Notes: generated by a model from the letters alone, not told the origin. A DNA stretch of 63,541 nucleotides from an uncultured Gallionella sp. (GCA_964349865.1 CAYGIF010000001.1:1-63541), one strand, 5' to 3'; positions 38,835 to 47,790 are shown, counted from the stretch's first letter. Numbers and translations: made by a program.

Positions 38835-39379
38835 TACCCGCTCAATACCGCATCCTCGCGCTGGTGCTGTTGCTGCTGGCCGGTGTCGGCTTCGGCTATG
38901 TGCAGGGCTTATCGCGCGAGTCCGACCGGCGCGATGCGCAGGAATTGACCAAAGAACGTGAGGACGGCAAGGCGTTTCAGCGTGCGCTGGCCAATGGCAA
39001 GCAGCACGCCGCCAACGTGATCGCGTGGCGCGGCAAGGCGCGCATCTATTACCGCAACTGGCAAGAAAGGCTTAACTATGAAAAAGACACGAACCTCGCG
39101 CAATGTGAAGCGCAGCCAGGACAGCCGGCGCAGGCTGGCGTTCATGTTATGCGGCTCAGCCCTGCTTGGGTCGGCCTGTACAACGCCGCCTGGCTGCCCG
39201 AACTCGATCAGCAAGGCGATCCCGGCGGAGCTGCTTACCAAATCGTCGCAGCCGGTGGCGCTACGCCCCGCGAAGCCCTCGACAACGTCCGCATCAACGC
39301 AGAACTCTGCGGAGAAGACCGCAAGCGGCTCGACGAACTGATCGATCACTTGAACGAGGCGGAAAGCCAAAAGCCATGA
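38825..39379 (+). CDS. Inner-membrane spanin (Rz-like)
   Basis: N-terminal TM, helical periplasmic part, follows the endolysin. Confidence 0.65.
   Translation: MRLIPAQYRILALVLLLLAGVGFGYVQGLSRESDRRDAQELTKEREDGKAFQRALANGKQHAANVIAWRGKARIYYRNWQERLNYEKDTNLAQCEAQPGQPAQAGVHVMRLSPAWVGLYNAAWLPELDQQGDPGGAAYQIVAAGGATPREALDNVRINAELCGEDRKRLDELIDHLNEAESQKP
39078..39341 (+). CDS. Embedded outer-membrane spanin lipoprotein (Rz1-like)
   Basis: +1 frame inside the Rz-like gene; basic N-region, hydrophobic stretch, LLGSAC, then Pro-rich mature part. Confidence 0.6.
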   Translation: MKKTRTSRNVKRSQDSRRRLAFMLCGSALLGSACTTPPGCPNSISKAIPAELLTKSSQPVALRPAKPSTTSASTQNSAEKTASGSTN

Positions 39380-39567
39380 CCGACGCGATAGACCAGGGCT
39401 GCCAGCGCGAACAGGAAGACCGCGATCGCGCCTTGGCCGCGCAAGCCGCCAAGCCCTCCATGCCGCCGCTCGGCTTTTGCTACAACTGCGACGAAGTGGT
39501 GTTCAAGGGGTGCTTTTGCGATGTTGATTGCCGCGACGATTACGAACATAGGGAAAGCAGACCATGA
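39376..39567 (+). CDS. DksA/TraR-like C4 zinc-finger protein
   Basis: MTDAIDQG..RE..RDRALA...CYNC...CDVDC. Confidence 0.75.
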   Translation: MTDAIDQGCQREQEDRDRALAAQAAKPSMPPLGFCYNCDEVVFKGCFCDVDCRDDYEHRESRP

Positions 39568-39914
39568 TTTTACAAGTTGAATTCACCTGGTTGGTTGGAC
39601 TGTTTGTTTTATTTGTCTTGGCAGCGTGGGCGCTGGGCAAGGTGCTGATCGGGCAGTTTGATAAACGGCTGGACGAGCGCTTTGCCACGCAGGAAGTGGC
39701 GCGCACCGAAGCCCAGGAGCATTGGGAAAATCGCTTTTCTCAGATAGAGACGCTGGCGCGTTCCACGGATCGCGACATGCTGCTGATGCGGGGCGACCTG
39801 CCAAATCAGTACACACGGCGCGAGGACACGATCCGCAACCAGTCGGTACTGGAAGCACGCATGGATGCGCTGATGAACGAGGTCAAGATGATACGAATCG
39901 AAGGGGGAAAATAA
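39564..39914 (+). CDS. Mu gp25-like membrane protein
   Basis: N-terminal TM, coiled coil, LPNQYTRRED. Confidence 0.65.
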   Translation: MILQVEFTWLVGLFVLFVLAAWALGKVLIGQFDKRLDERFATQEVARTEAQEHWENRFSQIETLARSTDRDMLLMRGDLPNQYTRREDTIRNQSVLEARMDALMNEVKMIRIEGGK

Positions 39915-40222
39915 TGGACATCGCCAAAGTACGGCGCGAGATGATGCGCTGGAATATTATTTTGACGCTCAATAACGCCCGCCCGATCGGCGCTGCCGAG
40001 GAGCTGGTGCTGTCGGTGGTTCAGGCGATCAGCCCGGATGCCACGGCTCAAGAAGTCCGGCGTGAGCTGGATTATCTGGAAGAGCGCGCGCTGGTCAAGA
40101 TTCACCGCGAGCCGAACGGTCACTGGCACGCCGAGTTGACCAGGCACGGTGTCGATCTGGCGGAGTACACGGTGGACTGCGATCCGGGTATCGCGCGCCC
40201 GGTCAAGTACTGGAGCAACTAG
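39914..40222 (+). CDS. Mu gp26-like protein
   Basis: RREMMRWNIILTL...VRRELDYLEER...PGIARP. Confidence 0.78.
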   Translation: MDIAKVRREMMRWNIILTLNNARPIGAAEELVLSVVQAISPDATAQEVRRELDYLEERALVKIHREPNGHWHAELTRHGVDLAEYTVDCDPGIARPVKYWSN

Positions 40223-40223
40223 C

Positions 40224-40736
40224 GTGGCGCCGCGCAGCAAAATATCCAAGCTCCCGGATGCCGTTAAATCATGGCTTGACCGGGCGCTGGCTGATAAAGG
40301 CTTCGCCGATTACGAGCTGCTCGCCGCCGAGCTGAAAACGCGCGGCTTCGATATCAGCAAGAGCGCCGTGCATCGCTACGGTCAGGAATTCGAGACGCGG
40401 CTGGCCGCGTTGCGCATGGCGACAGAGCAGGCGCGGGCGATATCCGAATCCATTCCCGATGATGCCGGCGCGATGAACGACGCGCTGATCCGCCTGGTGC
40501 AGCAAAAGGCGTTCGACACCCTGCTCAAGATGGAAGAAGGCGCGCCGATGAAGGAGATCGGCCTGATGGTCGCGCGCCTGTCGAACGCCACGGTGAAGCA
40601 GAAGCAGTGGGCCATTGAGGTGCGCGCCAAGGCCACGGCAGCAGCCGATGCGGTCGAGGCTATCGGCAAGAAGGGCGGGCTTTCGCCTGCTGCGCTGGAT
40701 ACGATCCGGCGCGGGATTCTCGGGATTGCAGCGTGA
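40224..40736 (+). CDS. Terminase small subunit (Mu gp27/DUF3486)
   Basis: PRSKISKLPDAVKSWL...ISKSAVHRYG. Confidence 0.85.
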   Translation: MAPRSKISKLPDAVKSWLDRALADKGFADYELLAAELKTRGFDISKSAVHRYGQEFETRLAALRMATEQARAISESIPDDAGAMNDALIRLVQQKAFDTLLKMEEGAPMKEIGLMVARLSNATVKQKQWAIEVRAKATAAADAVEAIGKKGGLSPAALDTIRRGILGIAA

Positions 40737-42292
40737 GGGCAATTCGTGAATTGCCCCTACGGGCAAATGGCGTAGGGGCGATTCACGAATCGCCCGGTGT
40801 GGTTACCCCCGCCGTCCTCCTTCCCTACCAACAGGCATGGGTATCCGAAACCGCCGATGTAGCCGCGTGGGAGAAGTCCCGCCGGATCGGCGCGTCCTGG
40901 TGCGATGCCTGCGATGCGGTGATGACCGCCGCACCCGCAGAGAACGCGATGGATGCGCTGTATATCGGCTATTCAGAAGACATGACGCGCGAGTACATCG
41001 ACGATTGCGCGATGTGGGCCAAGGCGTTCGACTTCGCCGCAGGTGAAATGAACGAGTGCATCTACGAAGACGAAGGCGTGGCGATCAAGGCGTTCCGCAT
41101 CGACTTCGCCAGCGGCAAGAAGATACTCGCGCTCTCCAGCCGGCCGCGCTCGATCCGGGGCAAGCAGGGCAAGGTCACTATCGACGAAGCGGCGTTCCAC
41201 GACGATTTGCCGGGCTTGCTCAAGGCCGCGCTGGCGATGCTGATCTGGGGCGGCAAAGTGCGCCTGCTGTCCTCGCACAACGGTGACGCCAACCCGTTCA
41301 ACGAGCTGGTCAACGACATTCGCGCTGGCAAAGTTCCCTATGCGCTGCACCGCACCACCTTCGACGATGCTCTGGCCGATGGCTTGTATGAGCGCGTTAA
41401 ACTGATCCAGGGCGACCGGCTCAAGGAACAAACGCAGGACGAATGGCGCGCCAAGATTTATGCGCAATACGGCGACAACGCCGCCGAAGAGCTGGACGTG
41501 ATCCCTAGTGCCGGCAGCGGCCGCTATTTGACGCGCATGATGATCGAGGCGTGTATGAAGCCGGGCATCCCGGTGGTGCGCCTGACGCTGCCGGATAGCT
41601 TCACGCTGTCGCCCAGCCATATCCGCGAGGCCGAGATGCGCGACTGGTGCGAAGACGTGCTACGCCCGTTGCTGGAGAAGCTCGACCCGAATCTGGATCA
41701 CTTCTTCGGCGAAGATTTTGCGCGCAACGGCGACGTGTCGGCCATCTGGCCGCTGGAGCAGACACGCACGCTCGACCTGGTCACGCCGTTCATTCTCGAA
41801 ATGCGCAACGTGCCGTTCGACCAGCAGCGCCAGATCCTGTTTTATATCCTCGACCGTCTGCCGCGCTTCCGCGCCGGTGCGATGGATGCGCGCGGCAACG
41901 GCCAGTACCTCGCCGAGGTGGCGATGCAGAAATACGGCCAGCGCATCGCCCAGGTGATGCTCTCCCAGGAGTGGTACCGCGAGAACATGCCGCCTTTTAA
42001 GGCCGCGATCGAAGATAAAAAGTTAACGCTGCCGATGGATGCCGACGTGCTGGCCGATATGCGCACGATCGTGATGGAAAAAGGCGTGGCCAAGGTGCCG
42101 GACAACGCGCGGGTCAAAGGCAGCGATGGGCGCGAACGGCACGGCGACACGGCGGTTGCGCTGGCGCTGGCCACCTTTGCGGTGTTGTCAATGCCGTATG
42201 TGGTGATCGAGTACCAGGGCGTGGGGAACAAGCGCAACACAGATGGCGGCCGCGACGATGATGGCGGCGGCAACAGGAGATCGGCATGGTAA
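40733..42292 (+). CDS. Terminase large subunit (Mu gp28)
   Basis: LLPYQQAW, EKSRRIGASW, IDEAAFH, GEDFARNGD, RHGDTAVA. Confidence 0.93.
   Translation: MRAIRELPLRANGVGAIHESPGVVTPAVLLPYQQAWVSETADVAAWEKSRRIGASWCDACDAVMTAAPAENAMDALYIGYSEDMTREYIDDCAMWAKAFDFAAGEMNECIYEDEGVAIKAFRIDFASGKKILALSSRPRSIRGKQGKVTIDEAAFHDDLPGLLKAALAMLIWGGKVRLLSSHNGDANPFNELVNDIRAGKVPYALHRTTFDDALADGLYERVKLIQGDRLKEQTQDEWRAKIYAQYGDNAAEELDVIPSAGSGRYLTRMMIEACMKPGIPVVRLTLPDSFTLSPSHIREAEMRDWCEDVLRPLLEKLDPNLDHFFGEDFARNGDVSAIWPLEQTRTLDLVTPFILEMRNVPFDQQRQILFYILDRLPRFRAGAMDARGNGQYLAEVAMQKYGQRIAQVMLSQEWYRENMPPFKAAIEDKKLTLPMDADVLADMRTIVMEKGVAKVPDNARVKGSDGRERHGDTAVALALATFAVLSMPYVVIEYQGVGNKRNTDGGRDDDGGGNRRSAW
40736..40795. repeat. GTAG-type REP doublet at the terL 5' end
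   Basis: GGGCAATTCGTGAATTGCCCCTAC ... GTAGGGGCGATTCACGAATCGCCC. Confidence 0.8.
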
Positions 42293-43878
42293 GCAAAATT
42301 GTAGACGTAAACGGCAACCCTATCCAAAGCAACACGCTGACCGAGCCGCAGACCTCGCGCCTTGCGCAGCTGCACCGCGAATTCGCCAGCCACCCGTCGC
42401 GCGGTTTAACGCCGGTCAAGCTGGCGCGCATCCTGGAATCCGCCGAGCAAGGCGATATCCGCGCGCAGCACGAGCTGTTCATGGACATGGAAGAGAAGGA
42501 CGCGCACATTCACGCCGAGATGGGCAAGCGCAAGCGCGCGCTGCTCACGGTAGATTGGGACATCGTGCCGCCGCGCAACGCCAGCGCCACCGAGCGCAAG
42601 CTGGCAGGGTACGCGAAGGAGCTGCTGCAGGACGTGCCGAACTTCGAGGATGTGATCCTGGACGCGCTGGACGGCATCGGCCACGGCTTCAGTTGTCAGG
42701 AGATCGAGTGGGAGCTGCTGGGTAACGAATGGCTGCCCAAGCAGCTTCACCACCGCCCGCAGGGATGGTTTCAGACCGACCGCGAAACGCGCACCGAGAT
42801 CCGCCTGCGCGATATGTCGCTGGACGGGCAAGCGTTGCAACCGTTCGGCTGGATCACCCACGTGCACAAGGCGAAGAGCGGCTATATCGCCCGCGCCGGA
42901 CTGCACCGCGTGCTGTCGTGGCCGTACCTGTTCAAGAATTACTCGGTCGGCGATCTCGCCGAGTTCCTGGAGATCTACGGCCTGCCGCTGCGCTTGGGCA
43001 AATACCAGTCCGGCGCGTCCGACGAAGAAAAGTCCACGCTACTGCGCGCGGTGATGAGCATCGGACACGATGCTGCGGGCATCATCCCGGAAGGCATGGC
43101 CATCGAGTTCCAGGAAGCGGCCAAGGGCGCATCCGATCCGTTCATGGCGATGATCGACTGGTGCGAGAAGAGCCAGAGCAAGGCCATCCTGGGCGGCACA
43201 CTCACCAGCCAGGCGGACGGCAAGAGCAGCACCAACGCGCTCGGCAACGTGCACAACGAAGTGCGCCACGACCTGATGGTGTCGGATGCGATCCAGCTCG
43301 GCGGCACGCTCACGCGCGACCTGGTGTATCCGTTGCTGGCGCTGAACAAGGGCGGCGTGGATGACCGCCGCCGCTGCCCACGCTTCAAGTTCATGTTCGA
43401 CGATAGCGAAGACCTCGGTGTGTTGGCCGATGCGCTGCCGAAGCTGGTCGGCATCGGAATGCGCATCCCGTCCGAATGGGCGCATGAGCGCGCCGGAATC
43501 CCGCAGGCCGAAGAAGGTGCGGAGGTATTGGGCGTGCCGCCTTCGCTCCCCTCGCCCGCAGGCGGGAGAGGGGCTGGGGGAGAGGGTGCCGTTGCGGCAG
43601 CCACCGCCGCGCTTACTGCGAGCGGCGCTGCGGATGCCTTCCCCGATCAGACCGCGCTCGATGCCGCAATCGAGGCGATCGCGCCGGACATGCTGCAAGG
43701 TCAGGCCGTGGCCGCGCTCAAACCGGTGCTCGACATGATCGCCGCTTCCGCCGACTACGCCGAGGTATTCGACAAGCTGGCCGCGACCTTTCCGCAGATG
43801 GACACGCAGCAGCTCGAAGAGACGCTGGCACGCGCGATGTTCGTGGCCGAGGTGTGGGGGCGGTTGAGCGCGGCATGA
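42286..43878 (+). CDS. Portal protein (Mu gp29/DUF935)
   Basis: HPSRGLTPVKLARIL, EFLEIYGLPLRLGKY, SKAILGGTLTS, ALGNVHNEVR. Confidence 0.95.
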   Translation: MVSKIVDVNGNPIQSNTLTEPQTSRLAQLHREFASHPSRGLTPVKLARILESAEQGDIRAQHELFMDMEEKDAHIHAEMGKRKRALLTVDWDIVPPRNASATERKLAGYAKELLQDVPNFEDVILDALDGIGHGFSCQEIEWELLGNEWLPKQLHHRPQGWFQTDRETRTEIRLRDMSLDGQALQPFGWITHVHKAKSGYIARAGLHRVLSWPYLFKNYSVGDLAEFLEIYGLPLRLGKYQSGASDEEKSTLLRAVMSIGHDAAGIIPEGMAIEFQEAAKGASDPFMAMIDWCEKSQSKAILGGTLTSQADGKSSTNALGNVHNEVRHDLMVSDAIQLGGTLTRDLVYPLLALNKGGVDDRRRCPRFKFMFDDSEDLGVLADALPKLVGIGMRIPSEWAHERAGIPQAEEGAEVLGVPPSLPSPAGGRGAGGEGAVAAATAALTASGAADAFPDQTALDAAIEAIAPDMLQGQAVAALKPVLDMIAASADYAEVFDKLAATFPQMDTQQLEETLARAMFVAEVWGRLSAA

Positions 43879-43915
43879 CTGATGTTTTGAACCAACCATA
43901 ACGAAAGGAACTACC

Positions 43916-44515
43916 ATGAACCTCGCAAAACTACGTTATCAACTCCGCAACTGGCGCGCGCACTGGCGTGCCTTTTACCTCGGCACCTACATCACCATCG
44001 GGGGCATCGCCGCCCGCATGCTGATGGTAGGCACCTCCGGTCGCGTGCGGGCTTATGGCGTACTCAACGCCCGCATCATCCGCGCGGACGGCTCCGTGCT
44101 CGATCTCGGTTGCGTCGGCCGCCGCGTCGTCACCACCGCGTTTGTAAATTACCTGCGCGACGATCTAGCGAACGGCGCGGGCAGCGCGGATATCTCAGCG
44201 TTTAAATACCACGCCTGCGGTACCGGCACCACCGCCGAGGCTATCGGCGATACCGCGCTGGTCACGGAAGCCACCGCCGCGCTCAACCCGGATACCACCC
44301 GTGCGGTCGGCACGCAGGTCAATACGGTCGCCAAGACCTATACAAGCGTCGGCACCCTGCTGTTCGATGCCGGTGCCGCCATCACCGAGCATGGCCTGTT
44401 TAACGCAGCCTCCGCAGGAACGCTGATGGATCGCACCGTGTTCGCCGCCATCAACGTGGCCGCAGCCGACTCCATCCAGTTCACCTACTCGCTCACGATC
44501 AGCGACGGCGGCTAG
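43916..44515 (+). CDS. Putative virion fibre-attachment/collar-like beta protein
   Basis: GTGTTAEAIGDTAL...ITEHGLFNAASAGTLMDR...INV..DSIQFTYSLT; SD AAAGGA. Confidence 0.6.
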   Translation: MNLAKLRYQLRNWRAHWRAFYLGTYITIGGIAARMLMVGTSGRVRAYGVLNARIIRADGSVLDLGCVGRRVVTTAFVNYLRDDLANGAGSADISAFKYHACGTGTTAEAIGDTALVTEATAALNPDTTRAVGTQVNTVAKTYTSVGTLLFDAGAAITEHGLFNAASAGTLMDRTVFAAINVAAADSIQFTYSLTISDGG

Positions 44516-44520
44516 ACCAT

Positions 44521-45593
44521 ATGACGCAGTACAACCAATCCTGCGGCGGCACGCTCGGGCTGGCTGGCGGCGTGAACAAGCAGACGCGCAAACCTGTGGG
44601 TGGCGTGCTCGGCCTGTTCGGCGGCCTCCATTACGGCACCGCGCAGGCGGGCGCGAGCAAGTCCATCACGCTGGCCGCTGCTGCGTCGGAGCTGCCGGAT
44701 GCTTATGCCGGTTGCGTGGTGGAGATCACCGGCGGGGCCGGGGTGGAGCAGAAGCGGAATGTGGTGAGGAGCAGGAAGAACTGGCTATACAACTCGTTTC
44801 ACGACACCAGCACGGCGAATTGGAACGGCTCGAATTCGTCGGTGCTGTCGTTGGATTCGATCGGAACTCTCCCAGAGGGGGTTGCGGCATGTATCAAGAA
44901 CACGTTGACCACGGTAAACGGCGTCACGACAGCGCTTAAGGGGGGGGGTATGCGGTACTTCCGCTGTCAACTCAGTTCACGTTTGAAGTGTGGTGCTACT
45001 TCCCATCTTCAGTGCCGACTAACCGTGGGTATCTGTTGGCCTGGTGTGACAACGCCGGATGGGTGACGCTGGCATCAACATACGTGACTGAGCGCGACCA
45101 GTGGGTGAAGAAGTTCATCACATTCACTACGCACAGTCTTTATCCAAAGACAATTGTTGGTAGCGGCATTATCAGCGGGTCTGTTGGACTTGTTCACTAT
45201 GCTGGCCCAGCACGACTGTCTCTTGGTTCAGGCGCGGAGGAGCTGATTAAGACGCCTATAGGCGCACCCGCCGTCGGCGCCATCATCGACACCCCCTGGG
45301 ACATCATCCCCGACGCCACCTCCACCTACATCCTGCGCGACGGTAAGAGCCCGCGCCTGATCGGCAAGTCCGTGGGCGGGGTGCTGTCGTTGTCCGGTGG
45401 TGTGACCAGGCTGACCGCGCGGATGGTGGGCGGCACGCTGTCATTCGCGGGCGGGCTGGGGACGTTGTTCTCCAACACCATTGCCAAGATCGCGATGCTG
45501 TTCAAAAAGCGCGGCATGACCTTCACCTTCTCACAACGCAAAGCCACGTTCACAGCCAGCAAACGCTCGGCTACTTTCAGAAAGGTTCCATGA
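44521..45593 (+). pseudogene. Fibre/adhesin-like gene split by a frameshift at a G9 tract (phase-variable or error)
   Basis: G9 at 44940..44948; adding one G fuses ORFs 44521..45066 and 44988..45593 into ~357 aa (…KGGGYAVLPLSTQFTFEVWCYFP…). Confidence 0.7.
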
Positions 45594-45904
45594 TGGATAT
45601 CGTAAACGAACGCAGCACCGCTTATGTTGAGGTGGCTTTTACCGATAGGTCCGGGGTTGCAGCTATTCCGGCCACCGTGACTTACAGCATAAAGTGCAAA
45701 ACGACTGGGGCGGCGATTAAAACCAACGTGAGCGTGACTCCGGCGACGACGGTGACGATCACGCTGGATGCGGCGGATAACGCGATTCAGAGTGCCAGTA
45801 ATCAATCGGAAGAGAAACTGCTTACCGTAAAGGCAAGCTATGGCGCGGCTGATGAGTGCAACGCAGAGTATTCATGGCGCGTTAGAGATCTGAGCGGTGT
45901 GTGA
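45590..45904 (+). CDS. Small Ig-like beta protein, putative virion accessory
   Basis: Alternating beta pattern; coupled to both neighbours. Confidence 0.6.
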   Translation: MMDIVNERSTAYVEVAFTDRSGVAAIPATVTYSIKCKTTGAAIKTNVSVTPATTVTITLDAADNAIQSASNQSEEKLLTVKASYGAADECNAEYSWRVRDLSGV

Positions 45905-47244
45905 TGGATAAGCTTGACCTTTCCCTGGTGTTCGGCCTGCCGCCCGAAAAGGCCATCGAGTCTTTTCAGGCCAAGGGCTACGTGCTCACATGGGACTGGC
46001 GCGAGCTGTGGCAGGAAGCGCATGCCAAAGCCTTCACCGTGGCCAAGGTGATGCGTGCCGATATTTTGCTGGACATTCGCAGCGCGCTGGACGATGCGTT
46101 AAACAACGGCACCACGCTGCGCGACTTCGAGAAGACCTTGACACCCATCCTGCAAGCCAAGGGATGGTGGGGCCAACAGTTGATCTCCAAGGTCGACCCC
46201 AGCCGCCCCGATCTGGTGAACCCGGACACGGGCGAAATCAAGACGGTGCAGTTGGGCAGCCCGCGCCGCCTCAAAACGATCTACCAGACCAACCTGCAAA
46301 CCGCCTACATGGCCGGGCGCTACCGCCAGATGATGGAAAGCGCGGACAGCCACCCGTACTGGCGATACGTCGCGGTGCTGGATGGCCGCACCCGCCCGAT
46401 GCACCGCGCGATGAATGGCCGCGTGTTCCGCTACGATGATGCGCTGTGGTCTACCCACTACCCGCCCAACGGCTTCAACTGCCGCTGCCGCGTCAGCCCG
46501 CTCAGCGCCGCTGCGGTCGAGCGCGAAGGGGTCACGGTGCAATCGTCCACCGGGCAGATGATCGATCACGAGATCCCGATGAAGGATGGCAGCACCGTGC
46601 AAGTCAAGGCGCTGCGTGTGAAGGTGGACGGACAGGGCAAACTGTTTGCGCCCGACGCGGGCTGGAGCTACAACCCCGGCAAGGCCGTATTCGGCAACGA
46701 CATTGAGGTGATGCGCAAAATCAGCGCCGTGAAGGATCGCGCGATCCGCGTGCAGGCGGTGCAGGCGATCAACAACTCCGGACTGCGCCACCAGGTGTTT
46801 GCGAACTGGGTGAGCGCTGCGCTGGGCAGGCGTGCGCCGGGACATGAGGTGCAGGTGGTGGGCTTCGTGTCCGAGCAGATCGCCGATTTTGCCAAGGCCA
46901 ACAATGGCGGCGTGGACGCGGCGCGCGTGCTGGCGCTGCCGGAAAAACGCCTGGTACACGCGGACAACCAAAAGCACCACGCCGGAGGAATCGCGCTCAC
47001 ACTGGCAGAATATCAGGTGCTTCCGCAGGTTGTGGCCACGCCAGATGCGGTGTACTGGGACAAGCTGCACAGCAACCTGGTGTACGTGGCCAGCGATGGG
47101 AGCGGCGGGCTGATCTACATCCCGGTGGATGCGGCGGCCAACGTTAAACACCACGGCAGGCTCGATGCGATCGTGAACGCCTACCGCTTGCCGGCGGGCG
47201 ATACCAGGCTGCAGGACGTGGGAAGATTTACGAGAATGGAGTGA
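45904..47244 (+). CDS. Head morphogenesis protein MuF (gp30) with C-terminal BECR/PBECR-like nuclease domain
   Basis: AFTVAKV, RRLKTIYQTN, YWRYVAVLDGRTRPMH, YPPNGFNCRC; extension LVHADNQKH...EYQVLPQVVATPDAVYWD...NLVY. Confidence 0.88.
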   Translation: MDKLDLSLVFGLPPEKAIESFQAKGYVLTWDWRELWQEAHAKAFTVAKVMRADILLDIRSALDDALNNGTTLRDFEKTLTPILQAKGWWGQQLISKVDPSRPDLVNPDTGEIKTVQLGSPRRLKTIYQTNLQTAYMAGRYRQMMESADSHPYWRYVAVLDGRTRPMHRAMNGRVFRYDDALWSTHYPPNGFNCRCRVSPLSAAAVEREGVTVQSSTGQMIDHEIPMKDGSTVQVKALRVKVDGQGKLFAPDAGWSYNPGKAVFGNDIEVMRKISAVKDRAIRVQAVQAINNSGLRHQVFANWVSAALGRRAPGHEVQVVGFVSEQIADFAKANNGGVDAARVLALPEKRLVHADNQKHHAGGIALTLAEYQVLPQVVATPDAVYWDKLHSNLVYVASDGSGGLIYIPVDAAANVKHHGRLDAIVNAYRLPAGDTRLQDVGRFTRME

Positions 47245-47245
47245 A

Positions 47246-47321
47246 GGTCGGCGGCGGGACTCGAACCTGCATACTTCGCTGCGGTGCAGTTTAGCCATTA
47301 CCCATCGGCGGACAGCCGACC
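47246..47321 (-). ncRNA. tRNA-like small RNA convergent with muF
   Basis: Acceptor-like GGUCGGC/GCCGACC, T-arm GCAGG-UUCGAGU-CCCGC, D-like arm GCC-GAUGGGUAAU-GGC, short CUGC-ACC-GCAG arm. Confidence 0.7.
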
Positions 47322-47331
47322 TTGTGCATTG

Positions 47332-47360
47332 ATTATAGGGGCAGCTATGTTCGAAATCAA
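47332..47360 (-). promoter_or_regulatory. sigma70 promoter for the tRNA-like RNA
   Basis: TTGATT (47360..47355)-17 bp-TATAAT (47337..47332). Confidence 0.72.
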
Positions 47361-47790
47361 GATTGAAGACCAGGTGGTGATGTCGGCGCTCGGGCGGCTG
47401 GCTCAGGCCGGGCGGGATATGTCGCCGGTGATGCGCACGATTGCAACCGAAATGTTCACACAGACCGAAGCCAACTTCGCCGCCGAGGGGCGTCCGAAGT
47501 GGCTCGGCTTAAAGAATCCATCGGAGCGGCGCAAGGGCGGGCAGATATTGCAGGATACCGGGCAGCTGGCCGCTTCGATCAGCTCAAGCAGCGATGCCAC
47601 CAGCGCCACGGTTGGCAGCAACAAGGTATATGCCGCCATCCATCAGCTCGGCGGAAAGGCTGGGCGCGGGCATAAGGCCACCATTCCCGCCCGTCCGTTC
47701 CTGCCGGTGGACGCACAGGGCAACTTGCAACCCGAAGCCGAGGATTCAATACTTGGAATTGCCAATAATTACCTGGCAAATTTAATCTGA
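47347..47790 (+). CDS. Virion morphogenesis protein G (Mu gp31)
   Basis: ILQDTGQLAASI, VGSNKVYAAIHQLGG, IPARPFL. Confidence 0.92.
   Translation: MFEIKIEDQVVMSALGRLAQAGRDMSPVMRTIATEMFTQTEANFAAEGRPKWLGLKNPSERRKGGQILQDTGQLAASISSSSDATSATVGSNKVYAAIHQLGGKAGRGHKATIPARPFLPVDAQGNLQPEAEDSILGIANNYLANLI

Noticed and set aside
47246..47321. Canonical tRNA gene or tRNA integration site
   Set aside because: No 7-nt anticodon loop, an extra base between T-arm and acceptor stem, and no CCA; the phage integrates by transposition. Kept only as tRNA-like RNA.
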